This document shows positions 32,784-42,347 of a stretch of DNA of 64,000 nucleotides, in pieces. Origin of the DNA: Burkholderiales bacterium. GTDB lineage: Bacteria > Pseudomonadota > Gammaproteobacteria > Burkholderiales > Ga0077523. The DNA lies in contig JAIEQG010000013.1 of the NCBI GenBank assembly GCA_019747905.1, positions 50,482 to 114,481 of the forward strand, given 5' to 3'. The notes beneath the pieces were generated by a model. It saw nothing but the letters and a program-made list of their open reading frames with translations, did no database searches and was not told the DNA's origin. A program made the position numbers and the translations under genes. Numbering within the stretch: the first letter of the stretch is position 1; each line of letters begins with the position of its first letter.

Positions 32784-32869
32784 AACGCGGAGGACGCGGA
32801 GGACGCGGGGGAAAACCGGGAGCAGACCTTGGTTTTGACTTACCCCGCGTCCTCCGCGTCTTCCGCGTT
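32784..32869. repeat. 27-bp inverted repeat with nested AAAACC/GGTTTT dyad
   Basis: The left arm is AACGCGGAGGACGCGGAGGACGCGGGG (32784-32810). The right arm is CCCCGCGTCCTCCGCGTCTTCCGCGTT (32843-32869). The arms match at 26 of 27 positions. Each arm contains a short tandem GCGGAGGAC motif. Confidence 0.7.
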
Positions 32870-32888
32870 TGGCGCTTGTCTTTCCGGA

Positions 32889-33278
32889 TTAGTTCGACAA
32901 CTGGGGATCCGCTGCAACGTCCGCACCGTTGACGATCACGGTGGCGGCGAACGTGCCGTCGTTCAATGTCCGCAGCGACTCGAGCCGGATCTGCTTGTGC
33001 TGATGGATCATGCTGGCCAGCAGGGCATTGAGCCGGTCGCGCTTCGCAGCAGCGCCAGCCCCTGCGAAGCCGGTCACGCCGTCGGGCCGGACTCGAATCA
33101 GCGACTCTTCACCCGGAAGCGACGGTTCGACCCGGAACCGGCACCATCCGCCGGAGTCGCAGCCGCGGAACTGTGCCTCCGTCGGCTCGGACGCATGGGT
33201 CGCCGGGGTCAGCAGGACGCCGAGAGTCGCGATGTGCACTGCAAGCCGCTTGAGCGGCACTTCTGGTACGAATGGCAT
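32889..33278 (-). CDS. hypothetical exported protein (129 aa)
   Basis: This is the C-terminal part of track ORF 32889..34238(-). ATG at 33278. Sequence MPFVPEVPLKRLAVHIATLGVLLTPATHASEP...; the upstream roughly 320 codons are Arg-rich antisense junk. Confidence 0.6.
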   Translation of the reverse strand: MPFVPEVPLKRLAVHIATLGVLLTPATHASEPTEAQFRGCDSGGWCRFRVEPSLPGEESLIRVRPDGVTGFAGAGAAAKRDRLNALLASMIHQHKQIRLESLRTLNDGTFAATVIVNGADVAADPQLSN

Positions 33279-33332
33279 GGTGGCATTTTTACCACAGGCC
33301 TGACGTAGCGTCGCTCGCCGTACACTCTCGCG

Positions 33333-34985
33333 ATGAGGAGCATGAGGGAGGACCGTATGGACGAGACCAAGAGACGGGCGCTGGAGCCCGCGACGAGTCT
33401 GGGCAGTTCGGTGCGCGCATCCGTGCACGCATTTCTGCGAGCACAGGGCATGACGACCGTGTTCGGCAATCCGGGTTCCACCGAACTCCGGTTCTTCCGC
33501 GATTGGCCGGCGGACTTCCGCTATGTGCTGGGTCTGCAGGAGTCCTGCTGCGTGGCGATGGCGGACGGCTACGCGCAGGCGACGCGCCGTGCGGCCTTCG
33601 TCAATCTGCATTCGGCCGCTGGTGTCGGGCATGCGCTGGGCAGCGTGTTCACCGCATTCCGCAACCAGACCCCGCTGGTGATCACGGCCGGCCAGCAGAC
33701 GCGCGCCATGTTTCCTACCGATCCATACCTGTATGCGTCGCGTGCGGCGGAGTTTCCCCAGCCCTACGTGAAGTTCAGCGTCGAGCCCGCCCGGGCCGCG
33801 GATGTTCCTGCCGCCATTGCGCGCGCGTACTACCTCGCCATGCAGAAACCCTGCGGGCCGACGTTCGTGTCGATTCCCGAGGACGACTGGGATGCGGTCA
33901 CCGACCCCTTGCCCGAACGTCGCGTGGCTTTCGATATCGCGCCCGATCCGGACGCGCTCGCGGCGCTTGCGGCGGCCTTGGACGCGAGCCGCAAGCCGGT
34001 GATCGTTGCCGGGGCCGCGGTCGATCAGGACGACGCGTGGGGACTTGCCGTGCAGTTGGCCGAACGCCTCGAGGCGCCGGTGTGGTCCAGCCCCATGTCG
34101 GGGCGTGCGAGTTTTCCCGAGGACCACCGCCTGTTCGCGGGACACCTGCCGCCCGTACGCGCGCAACTCGCCGCAAGACTGGCAGGACACGATCTGATCC
34201 TGGTGCTCGGCGCCCCGGTGTTCACCTATCACGTGCACACGCCGGGCGACTTCGTGCCCGACGGTGCGGCCCTGTGGCAGCTAACGGACGATGCCGAGAT
34301 CGCCGCGCGCTCCCCCGTGGGGGCGAGCGTGCGCTGTTCGCTGCGCGTGGGTCTGACCCAGCTGTTCGGTTCGCTCGACACCGCGCAGCAGCGGCCCCGA
34401 GCCCAGGGGCGAACGCCGCTGGCACCGCCCGCTGCGTGCGATCGCCCCTCCGGCGCCTGGTTGATGCACGCCGTCGGACGGCTGATGCCGCCCGATGCGG
34501 CGATCGTCGAAGAGGCACCCACCCATCGCGGCGCACTGCGCGATTACCTGCCGATTCGGCGCAGCGGCGGCTTCTACGCGGCCGCAAGCGGCGGCCTCGG
34601 CTGGGCAGTGCCGGCGGCCGTGGGCGTGGCACTGGCCCAGCCCGGCCGCAAGGTGATCTGCCTCGTGGGAGACGGATCGAGCCTGTATTCGATCCAGTCG
34701 CTCTGGACCGCGATGGAGTGCAAGTTGCCGATCGCCTTCGTGATCTTCAACAACGGCGGCTACGGCGCGTTGCGGTCCTTCGGATCGATGCTGGGTATTC
34801 CCGGTGCGCCGGGTCACGACGTGGCGGGTGTCGACTTCGTCGCCCTCGCCCGTGGGTTCGGCTGCGCGGCCGAATGTGTCGATCGAACCGCCGATGCCGA
34901 GCGGGCGCTGCGCAAGGCGTTCGCTTCGAGTGCGCCGTGCCTGATCGACGTGCGCCTCGATGATGCCGTGAAGAAACTCTACTGA
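33333..34985 (+). CDS. mdlC: thiamine-diphosphate enzyme, benzoylformate decarboxylase-like
   Basis: TVFGNPGSTELRFFRDWPADFRYVLGLQESCCVAMADGYAQATRRAAFVNLHSAAGVGHALGSVFTAFRNQTPLVITAGQQTRAM closely parallels the Pseudomonas putida MdlC N-terminus from memory. The start may be at 33357. Confidence 0.85.
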   Translation: MRSMREDRMDETKRRALEPATSLGSSVRASVHAFLRAQGMTTVFGNPGSTELRFFRDWPADFRYVLGLQESCCVAMADGYAQATRRAAFVNLHSAAGVGHALGSVFTAFRNQTPLVITAGQQTRAMFPTDPYLYASRAAEFPQPYVKFSVEPARAADVPAAIARAYYLAMQKPCGPTFVSIPEDDWDAVTDPLPERRVAFDIAPDPDALAALAAALDASRKPVIVAGAAVDQDDAWGLAVQLAERLEAPVWSSPMSGRASFPEDHRLFAGHLPPVRAQLAARLAGHDLILVLGAPVFTYHVHTPGDFVPDGAALWQLTDDAEIAARSPVGASVRCSLRVGLTQLFGSLDTAQQRPRAQGRTPLAPPAACDRPSGAWLMHAVGRLMPPDAAIVEEAPTHRGALRDYLPIRRSGGFYAAASGGLGWAVPAAVGVALAQPGRKVICLVGDGSSLYSIQSLWTAMECKLPIAFVIFNNGGYGALRSFGSMLGIPGAPGHDVAGVDFVALARGFGCAAECVDRTADAERALRKAFASSAPCLIDVRLDDAVKKLY

Positions 34986-35299
34986 CGCGGAGTCTCTGTA
35001 TTCTCAGGAGAGGGCGCGAGTCGTCGATCGACGCACCGCTGGATCATGACCCAGCCGCCAGCCTTCATGCGCTTGGTGCACGCCTCGATGAGGGGTGCGG
35101 CTTCGGGCGGATAGTTGCGCAACGCCTTCTCGGCTGCCTGATCCTGCTTCACGCAGATGTCGATAGCGTCGGCGCCGAATTCGCCTATCTCGTAGATGCA
35201 GCGCTCGACGATCTCGGCCGAATCTGCGGCGTGGCATGAAGCTGCGTGCAGCAACGCGACAGCGCAGCCGAGCCGCAGCCAACGCTGGATCGTCGTCAT
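34979..35299 (-). CDS. hypothetical exported Cys-containing protein (106 aa)
   Basis: MTTIQRWLRLGCAVALLHAASCHAADSAEIVERCIYEIGEFG... It starts 36 nt downstream of recQ on the same strand. Confidence 0.55.
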   Translation of the reverse strand: MTTIQRWLRLGCAVALLHAASCHAADSAEIVERCIYEIGEFGADAIDICVKQDQAAEKALRNYPPEAAPLIEACTKRMKAGGWVMIQRCVDRRLAPSPENTETPRQ

Positions 35300-35335
35300 G
35301 GTCCCGCTCGCAGTTTCGTGCACGGCATGTTCCGT

Positions 35336-37144
35336 TCAGGCCGAACCCAGCAACGCCAGCAGCTCGTCGCCGTAGCGCTCCAGCTTCTTCGTCCCGACGC
35401 CACCGATATCGCCGAGCGCGTTGAGATCGCGTGGCCGCACTCTCGCGATCTCGGCGAGCGTCTTGTCGTGGAAGATCACGTACGGCGGCACCGACTGGGA
35501 CCGCGCGAGATCCAGTCGCCATGCGCGCAGGCGGTCCATCAGCGCCATGTCCGCGGGCGGGAGACTGCTCGGCGCGACGCGCCGGCTCCGGCGTGTCCCC
35601 GTCGTTGCGCGCACGCGGCGCAGTTCCACGCGCTGTTCGCCCTTGAGAACGGAGCGGCTCGCCTCGGTCAGTTTGAGCGCGCCGTGGGCCTCGTGATCGA
35701 CGTGGACCAGGTCGAGTGCTGCGAGCTGCCGGAACACGCTGCGCCAGACGGGCTCGTCCACATCGGCGCCGACGCCGAATACGCCGAGCTGATCGTGGCC
35801 CCAGCGGGCAATCCGCTCGCCGGGTTTGCCGCGCAGCACGTCGATGAGGTGCACGGCGCCGAAGCGTTGGCCCGTGCGATAGATGGCGGACAGGGCCTTG
35901 CGGGCGGCGTCCGTCGCATCCCAGGTCTCCGGGGGTTCCAGGCACGTGTCGCAGTTGCCGCACGGTTCGGACGACTCGCCGAAATAGGACAGCAGACGGA
36001 CGCGCCGGCATCCCGCGGTTTCGCACAATCCGAGCAGCGCGTCGAGCTTTGCCGTGGCGACGCGCTTGAACTCGGCATTGGCTTCGGACAGATCGATGAG
36101 GCGGCGCTGTTGCACCAGGTCGGCCAGGCCGTAGGTCATCCAGGTATCGGCCGGCAAGCCGTCGCGGCCGGCACGACCGGTTTCCTGGTAGTAGCCTTCG
36201 ATGCTCTTAGGCAGATCGAGATGGGCGACGAAACGCACGTCGGGCTTGTCGATGCCCATGCCGAACGCAATGGTGGCGACCATCACGATGCCTTCGTCGC
36301 GTTGGAAACGGGCCTGGTGTTCCGCACGCGTGGCGGCATCCATCCCCGCGTGGTAGGGCAAGGCATCGACACCTTGAGCGACCAGCCACGCCGCCGTTTC
36401 GTCCACCTTGCGGCGCGACAGGCAATACACGATGCCCGATTCGCCGGCGTGTTCTTCGCGGATGAAGCGCAACAACTGCGACCGCGGATCGGTCTTGTCG
36501 ACGATGGTGTAGCGGATATTGGGCCGATCGAAGCTCGAGACGAACACGTGCGCGTCGCCGAGCGCCAGGCGGTCCATGATCTCGGTGCGCGTCTGCGGGT
36601 CTGCCGTGGCGGTGAGGGCGATGCGCGGAACATTCGGGAAGCGCTCGTGCAGCACCGAAAGCTGCAGGTACTCGGGACGGAAGTCGTGACCCCACTGCGA
36701 TACGCAGTGGGCCTCGTCGATCGCGAACAGTGCGAGCGGTGTGCGCGCCAGCAGATCGAGGGTGCGCGGCATCGCCAGGCGCTCGGGCGCGAAGTAGACG
36801 AGATCGAGTTCACCCGCTGCCAATGCCTGCTCGACGGCGCGAGCCTCGGCTGCATCGAGAGTCGAATTGAGGAATGCCGCGCGCACGCCGGCTTGCCGGA
36901 GGGCCGCCACCTGATCCTGCATGAGCGCGATCAGCGGCGAGATCACGACCCCCACGCCGGGCCGCAACAGCGACGGAATCTGGTAGCAAAGCGACTTGCC
37001 GCCGCCCGTGGGCATCAACACCAGTGCGTCGCCGCCTTCGACGACCGCTTGCACGACTTCGGCCTGGAGACCGCGAAACGCCGGATAGCCGAATACGTCG
37101 CGCAGGATTCCGCTGGCTCGGTCGAGGGTCGTCGGGTCAGGCAT
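35336..37144 (-). CDS. recQ: ATP-dependent DNA helicase RecQ
   Basis: Start at MPDPTTLD (ATG 37144). Sequence VFGYPAFRGLQAEVVQAVVEGGDALVLMPTGGGKSLCYQIPSL...FAIDEAHCVSQWGHDFRPEY...ATIAFGMGIDKPDVRFV. The C-terminal HRDC domain reads LRAWRLDLARSQSVPPYVIFHDKTLAEIA. Confidence 0.95.
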   Translation of the reverse strand: MPDPTTLDRASGILRDVFGYPAFRGLQAEVVQAVVEGGDALVLMPTGGGKSLCYQIPSLLRPGVGVVISPLIALMQDQVAALRQAGVRAAFLNSTLDAAEARAVEQALAAGELDLVYFAPERLAMPRTLDLLARTPLALFAIDEAHCVSQWGHDFRPEYLQLSVLHERFPNVPRIALTATADPQTRTEIMDRLALGDAHVFVSSFDRPNIRYTIVDKTDPRSQLLRFIREEHAGESGIVYCLSRRKVDETAAWLVAQGVDALPYHAGMDAATRAEHQARFQRDEGIVMVATIAFGMGIDKPDVRFVAHLDLPKSIEGYYQETGRAGRDGLPADTWMTYGLADLVQQRRLIDLSEANAEFKRVATAKLDALLGLCETAGCRRVRLLSYFGESSEPCGNCDTCLEPPETWDATDAARKALSAIYRTGQRFGAVHLIDVLRGKPGERIARWGHDQLGVFGVGADVDEPVWRSVFRQLAALDLVHVDHEAHGALKLTEASRSVLKGEQRVELRRVRATTGTRRSRRVAPSSLPPADMALMDRLRAWRLDLARSQSVPPYVIFHDKTLAEIARVRPRDLNALGDIGGVGTKKLERYGDELLALLGSA

Positions 37145-37299
37145 GGTGGCGGGAGTATGACCGCTCGCCGCCGGCGCCCGCAATGCGTCGAATAGGGGCT
37201 GCACTCCGGGCCGACGGTGCGGGAAAGGTTGTATAGTCGCCGCCCCGGAGCCCGCACATCCTGGACCAGGCAGGCCCTGAATCGACCCGCGCCATCGCC

Positions 37300-38004
37300 G
37301 TGAATCCGAACCCTCGCAACATTCCGCTGACCGAAGCCGAACTCGACCGCCTGGAGGCACTGCTCGCGAGCGACGTCTTCGGCGAGCACGCCATGCCGCT
37401 CGATGCCATGCAAGGTTTCCTTGCTGCGGTGGTGAGTGCGCCGGAGGCGATCCTGCCGAGCCGGTGGTTGCCGGTCGTGTTCGGTGCCGAGCGCGAATGG
37501 GAGACCGTTGTTGAAGCACGCGAGGTGCTCGATCTGCTGATGCGCTTCTACAACGAGATCGCGCTCGATCTGCTGGACGGCCACGGCGTGGACCCGCTGC
37601 TCTATCCGGTCAGCGACGACAGCGATGAACACGACTACGCCATGTGGGCGCTCGGCTATCTCGAGGGAGTGGAACTCGCGGATCCGGCGTGGGAAGCCTC
37701 GAGCGACCAGGACGAAGTGGAGGACCTGCTGTTTCCGTTCCTCATCCTCGCCGGTGGGCTCGAGCACGATCCCGTGTTGCGGGAGTCGCTCGGTCTGGAT
37801 GCCGAGGAGCAGGCCGAGTTGATCGCGAGCTGTCGCGAAGAGCTGCCGATCGCGGTACAGGATGCGTACGACTACTGGCTCGAGAAGCGCCGGCCGCAGA
37901 CCGTGAAGCGCGAAACGCCGAAGATCGGTCGCAACGATCCGTGCATCTGCGGCAGCGGGAAGAAGTACAAGCACTGCTGCGGGGCGCCGCATACGGAACA
38001 CTGA
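37300..38004 (+). CDS. UPF0149/YecA-family protein with C-terminal SEC-C metal-binding motif
   Basis: GTG start. The C-terminus reads [21 protein letters not shown]. Confidence 0.85.
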   Translation: MNPNPRNIPLTEAELDRLEALLASDVFGEHAMPLDAMQGFLAAVVSAPEAILPSRWLPVVFGAEREWETVVEAREVLDLLMRFYNEIALDLLDGHGVDPLLYPVSDDSDEHDYAMWALGYLEGVELADPAWEASSDQDEVEDLLFPFLILAGGLEHDPVLRESLGLDAEEQAELIASCREELPIAVQDAYDYWLEKRRPQTVKRETPKIGRNDPCICGSGKKYKHCCGAPHTEH

Positions 38005-38156
38005 TCCGCTCAGCGCGCATCCGATTCCGGAATGCGTGCGTATCAACTCTTTCGCCGTGCGATGGCGCGCGCGAAACGCGCAAATCCGATTGCAGACATG
38101 TGTCGTATCTGGGGCGGGCACTTGCCCTCACCCGAACAACTCGACGGAGTAAAACC

Positions 38157-38750
38157 ATGTCCAAGATCATCGTCGCGCAACCGGCGCCGCTTGCGCGCCG
38201 CAACTTCCTCGGCCAGGCCGGGGGTGTTCTGCTGTCCGCCACCGCGATCTCGCTGATGGCTGGCTGTGAAACCATGGCCCAGAGCAGCAACAAGAGCGAA
38301 TCGCAGGACGTCGCCATCCTCAACACCGCGCTCGGTCTCGAACACGAGGCGATCAACGCCTATCAGCTTGGTGCCGAGAGCGGATTGCTCGACAAGGGCG
38401 TGCTCGACGTGGCGGTGAAATTCCAGGGCGACCACAAGGCGCACCGCGATGCGCTGATCGCGACCATTCAGAAGCTGGGCGGCAAACCGGTGATGGAAAT
38501 GAAGCTTGGCGACTATGCGAAGGCGCTGAAGGCCGATACGCTCAAATCCCAGACGGATGTACTGGCGCTCGCCGCGAAGCTCGAGATGGGCGCGATCAAC
38601 GCGTACCTGGGTGTTATTCCCGCGTTCAAGAGCGGCGATCTCGCGAAGGTCTCGGGCCGCCTCGCCGCCGACGAGACGCTGCACTGGACGGTGCTGTCGC
38701 AGGCGCTCGGCCGGCCGCTGCCGGGCAAGGCACTGTCGTTCGGGGCCTGA
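38157..38750 (+). CDS. Tat-signal ferritin-like domain protein
   Basis: ATG at 38157 with GGAG upstream. The twin-arginine motif is LARRNFLGQAGG. DVAILNTALGLEHEAINAYQLG is typical of the ferritin-like (Ferritin_2-type) family. Confidence 0.75.
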   Translation: MSKIIVAQPAPLARRNFLGQAGGVLLSATAISLMAGCETMAQSSNKSESQDVAILNTALGLEHEAINAYQLGAESGLLDKGVLDVAVKFQGDHKAHRDALIATIQKLGGKPVMEMKLGDYAKALKADTLKSQTDVLALAAKLEMGAINAYLGVIPAFKSGDLAKVSGRLAADETLHWTVLSQALGRPLPGKALSFGA

Positions 38751-38811
38751 TTTGTAACCGGTTTCCGCACGCACCGGTGCAATGGTGCGTGCGGCACTCG
38801 GAGGAGACGAG

Positions 38812-39180
38812 ATGAACATCCGTTGCGTGGCGGCGATGCTGCTTACCCTGTCCGGCGTGCCCGTGTACGCCGCAGGCGATGCTGGCAGGGGCGCCGAACT
38901 CTACGAAGCCCGTTGCACCGGTTGCCATTCACTTGATGCCAATCGCGTCGGACCACTGCACCGTGGCGTCGTCGGACGGCGTGCCGGCAGCGTCACGGAC
39001 TTTGCGTACTCGCCGGCGTTGCGCAAGTCGAAGCTCACGTGGACCGAAGCCAATCTCGATCGGTGGCTTGCCAACCCGGAAGCCCTGGTGCCGGGCCAGA
39101 AGATGGGCTATTCGGTCGCCGAAGCGGTCGACCGCGCCGACCTCATCGCCTACTTGCGCCGCGAGACCAGCACGCCCTGA
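38812..39180 (+). CDS. c-type cytochrome (class I, CxxCH)
   Basis: ATG at 38812 after GGAGGAGA. The signal peptide is MNIRCVAAMLLTLSGVPVYAAG. The haem site is LYEARCTGCHSLD, with a distal Met in PGQKMGY. Confidence 0.85.
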   Translation: MNIRCVAAMLLTLSGVPVYAAGDAGRGAELYEARCTGCHSLDANRVGPLHRGVVGRRAGSVTDFAYSPALRKSKLTWTEANLDRWLANPEALVPGQKMGYSVAEAVDRADLIAYLRRETSTP

Positions 39181-39944
39181 GATCTCGGCGGCGTGGCGGG
39201 CTCAGGCGGTTTCGGCCGGCGCAGCTCGCGGAACTCGTCCAGTTCCCAGGGCCGCATGGCGAGCAGCAGGGTGATGGGACGCCGATCGCCCAGCGGCAGG
39301 TGTTTTTCGTCTTCGTGCTGTTCGCCGAACTCGTTCGCCATGCGCTTCAGCTTCGAGACCAGCGTCGACTGCGTGCCGGCCGAGAGCAGGCCGTTCACCA
39401 GCAGCATCACCTCGTTCTCGCGATCGAAGCGGGCCCGGAAGAACTCGTTCTGGGCGCGCGCCTTGAAGTACTGCTGGATCGGTCCGTTCGGCAACCAGGA
39501 GAACGTGTGGGTGACCAGTAGCCGGATGCGGTTCTCGGGCAGCAGTTCGAGAAAGCGGATCTTTTCCAACCGAAGGAGCAGCTTGATGCCCTCGGCCTTG
39601 GTGATTTCGTAGCCGCGGACGATGTCGTCCAGCGTGAGGTGATTGAGCACGCAGACGGCCATCAGCAACAGCTTGCGGTCGCTCATGATGGCCCGCTCCT
39701 GCTCGGGCTCGAGCTGGGAGACGACGTCGTTGCCCCGGACGGTCTCGCGGGCCAGGCCGCCCAGCGTGGTGCCGGCCAGGGCACACACCTGCTCGAACCG
39801 CTCCAGGGTGAATCCCCCCTTGGAAAACAGGCGCTTGACGCTCGCCTGGCTCAGGCCGAGCTCCTTGGCCACGTGCTCGTAGTTGAGGCGGCGCTGTTTC
39901 AGCGCCCGCTTGAGCGCTTCGGTCAGGACGGCGACTTCGGCCAT
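39150..39944 (-). CDS. XRE-family helix-turn-helix transcriptional regulator with ~190-aa C-terminal domain
   Basis: MAEVAVLTEALKRALKQRRLNYEHVAKELGLSQASVKRLFSKGGFTLERFEQVCALAG. Its 3' end overlaps the convergent cytochrome c gene by 31 nt. Confidence 0.8.
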   Translation of the reverse strand: MAEVAVLTEALKRALKQRRLNYEHVAKELGLSQASVKRLFSKGGFTLERFEQVCALAGTTLGGLARETVRGNDVVSQLEPEQERAIMSDRKLLLMAVCVLNHLTLDDIVRGYEITKAEGIKLLLRLEKIRFLELLPENRIRLLVTHTFSWLPNGPIQQYFKARAQNEFFRARFDRENEVMLLVNGLLSAGTQSTLVSKLKRMANEFGEQHEDEKHLPLGDRRPITLLLAMRPWELDEFRELRRPKPPEPATPPRSQGVLVSRRK

Positions 39945-40099
39945 GGATCCCCCCGTTGTTGGAGTCGGTATCGCTGGATGGTACCAAGAGCTATGCATTC
40001 GGCAACCCGTCCGCGGGGCCGCGCGACCTCGGCGGGCACGCGCGCAGGATCGCCTCGCGTGCCCGATCCGGAGCACCTCCACTCAAGGAGAGGAACATC

Positions 40100-40294
40100 A
40101 TGATGGCAAGGCAGACGTTGGAAAGAGCGTTCTCCGTCGCGCTGGCGCAGCGCAGCCGCATCCTCGGCGACGAAGGCGCCGAGCACTGGTCCTTCGAGGA
40201 CGACGACGTGCTCCCCGAACTGGACGGCGACTACGATCCGGACGTGCAGCTCGCGGTCACGGCGGCCGGGCAGGAGTTGATCGAAGAGGACTAG
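40100..40294 (+). CDS. small acidic hypothetical protein (64 aa)
   Basis: ATGATG at 40100, preceded by AAGGAGAGGAA. Sequence MMARQTLERAFSVALAQRSRILGDEGAEHWSFEDDDVLPELDGDYDPDVQLAV... It is divergent from the XRE regulator. Confidence 0.5.
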   Translation: MMARQTLERAFSVALAQRSRILGDEGAEHWSFEDDDVLPELDGDYDPDVQLAVTAAGQELIEED

Positions 40295-40509
40295 CGGCGT
40301 GAGCCGCCCGGCGAGGGGATCGCTGGAGCGCGGAGGAGGGGCCCCATCGCAAGATTGGGATCCGACCGCGGAAGCGATCGTCGGGGCGGCGATCCCCTGC
40401 GCGTCGGAACGCGGGTCGCATCCGCACTGCGTGGGGCCCCTGCTCTGCCGCGTTCGCCGCCCCGGCCGCAGGCTGGGGTTCGACGGCCAGGCGGTCGGGG
40501 GAACAAGGC

Positions 40510-41478
40510 TCAGCTCCTCCGCCTCCGCCCGGCCGGACGTGCGGGCTGTGGCTGGCTCAAACTGTTCGCCCCCGCTTCCGCCAGTATCCACTCGGCGAAC
40601 ATCTCGACCTCCGGCCGCTGGCGCGCGGTCGGGGCGATGAGCAGCCAGTAGGACCGCTGCGAGGCAACGCGGGCATCGAAGGGCGCGATGACGCTGCCCT
40701 CGTCGAGAAACTCCTGGATCAGCGGCACCCGCCCCAGAGCGACTCCATGACCGGCCAGCGCGGCGCGCATGAGCTGGTCGAAGTAGTTGAAGGCGATCGA
40801 GCCCGCCGGTTTGACGCGCCGCACGCCGGCTGCCTCGAACCACCGGTCCCAGGACAGCCACAGCGCCGGATTCGCAGGATCCTCGAGGCGCAGCAGGACG
40901 TGATGACGCAGATCCTCCGGGCACTTCAAGGGCTTCCTGGTCCGCTCCAGCAGCCCGGGCGAACAGATCGGCATGAACTCTTCACGGAACAGCCAGTGTG
41001 CGTCCGGGGGCGGATCGGCATCGGGCGCATAGCGCACCGATACGTCGATATGCTCCCGGTCGAGGTCGAGCACACGATCGTTGGCCGCCACGCGCACGTC
41101 GACTTCGGGGTGCATCTGCTGGAACTTGCCCAGCCGTGGGATCAGCCACAAGGACGAGTAGGCCATCGTCGAGGTGATGGTGATGCCGCGGGGGACGTTG
41201 CGGGGCGAAAGGCTCTCGATTGCCTCGCGCACCTGTCCGAGCGCAGCCTGGACCGCCTCGCGCAAGCGGACGCCTTCCAGGGTCAAGGCGAGCCCGCGCC
41301 GCTGGCGCACGAAGAGCTTCACGCCAATCTGGTCCTCGAGCGTCTGGATCTGCCGGCTCACGGCGGACTGCGTGAGATAGAGCTCGTCCGCGGCGTGGGT
41401 GAAGTTGAGATGCCTCGCGGCCGATTCGAAGCCCTTCAGCAGGTCCAGCGAAGGCAGGCGGCGGATCGGTTCAGCCAT
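40510..41478 (-). CDS. LysR family transcriptional regulator (GcvA-like)
   Basis: LPSLDLLKGFESAARHLNFTHAADELYLTQSAVSRQIQTLEDQIGVKLFVRQRRGLALTLEG. Confidence 0.9.
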   Translation of the reverse strand: MAEPIRRLPSLDLLKGFESAARHLNFTHAADELYLTQSAVSRQIQTLEDQIGVKLFVRQRRGLALTLEGVRLREAVQAALGQVREAIESLSPRNVPRGITITSTMAYSSLWLIPRLGKFQQMHPEVDVRVAANDRVLDLDREHIDVSVRYAPDADPPPDAHWLFREEFMPICSPGLLERTRKPLKCPEDLRHHVLLRLEDPANPALWLSWDRWFEAAGVRRVKPAGSIAFNYFDQLMRAALAGHGVALGRVPLIQEFLDEGSVIAPFDARVASQRSYWLLIAPTARQRPEVEMFAEWILAEAGANSLSQPQPARPAGRRRRS

Positions 41479-41615
41479 GCATCACACTCATGGCATGCAT
41501 TCCCATTTCTCGTTTGTCCCTGGAGGCAGTGCCGTGGAGAATCCAGGCTGCAATGATTCTCGCGAATACCGCTACGGTCAACCGGACCGCGCGGCGAGCG
41601 GGTCAAGGAGATGCC

Positions 41616-41930
41616 ATGAACATCGAACTGCAGGCTTCCAATATCGTCCTGGCGCGCGACGGCATGATCGCCATCCGCGCGGCGCGGGGTGTGCGCATCA
41701 GCTGTCTCAAGGGTGCACTCTGGATCACACAGGACAACTACGTGCAGGACTTCATCGTCGGCCCGGGCGAGACGCACACCATCGACTATTCCGGGCTGAC
41801 GCTGGTCACCGCGCTCGAGCCGACCACCTTGTCGGTGGGTGAGCCCAAGCCGAGCCTGACCGCGCGGATCATGGGTTCGATCGCGCGCCGGCTGGGTTCG
41901 GGGATGCAGGTGCGGCCCGCGCCGCTCTGA
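41616..41930 (+). CDS. DUF2917-like small protein
   Basis: ATG at 41616 after AAGGAG. Sequence MNIELQASNIVLARDGMIAIRAARGVRISCLKGALWITQDNYVQDFIVGPGETH. The divergent pairing with a LysR gene is typical for this family (from memory). Confidence 0.65.
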   Translation: MNIELQASNIVLARDGMIAIRAARGVRISCLKGALWITQDNYVQDFIVGPGETHTIDYSGLTLVTALEPTTLSVGEPKPSLTARIMGSIARRLGSGMQVRPAPL

Positions 41931-41937
41931 CGCCCGC

Positions 41938-42342
41938 TCAGGCTCCGGTCGCGTCCAACCGCGAGCGCACGTCTTCGACGCGCTTGCGGTTGACGCCGAA
42001 GTCGCTGTGACCCACGCGCGAAGCCGAACGCACGTGCACGATCTTCTGGCCGCTCGGCAGCCAGAACTCCACGTCGTCGACGAAACCCAGCAACGCGGAT
42101 TGGTACTCGGCGTAGAGGTAGTCGTTGGTCTGGGAAACGATCTGCGTACGCGGGGTGGCGCGAACGATCTCGGCGATTGCCTCGAGCGCGGCTTCCGGCG
42201 TGGTCTTGTAAGTGAGCGGCGGAATCGAGTGGGTCGAATCCGGCGCCTGGCTGCTGACGCCGTTGGGTGAACTCGGCGCGGGCTTCAACTTGCCGTCGCG
42301 CACGCCGAGGTCGGTGGGGCGTTTGCCGCTGAGCAGGCCCAT
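41938..42342 (-). CDS. DUF1499-like protein
   Basis: ATG at 42342. Sequence ...YAEYQSALLGFVDDVEFWLPSGQKIVHVRSASRVGHSDFGVNRKRVEDVRSRL. It starts 5 nt after the GST gene. Confidence 0.7.
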   Translation of the reverse strand: MGLLSGKRPTDLGVRDGKLKPAPSSPNGVSSQAPDSTHSIPPLTYKTTPEAALEAIAEIVRATPRTQIVSQTNDYLYAEYQSALLGFVDDVEFWLPSGQKIVHVRSASRVGHSDFGVNRKRVEDVRSRLDATGA

Positions 42343-42347
42343 GACGA

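Noticed and set aside
35246-37195. 649-aa plus-strand ORF.
   Set aside because: It is antisense to recQ, whose helicase motifs are unambiguous.
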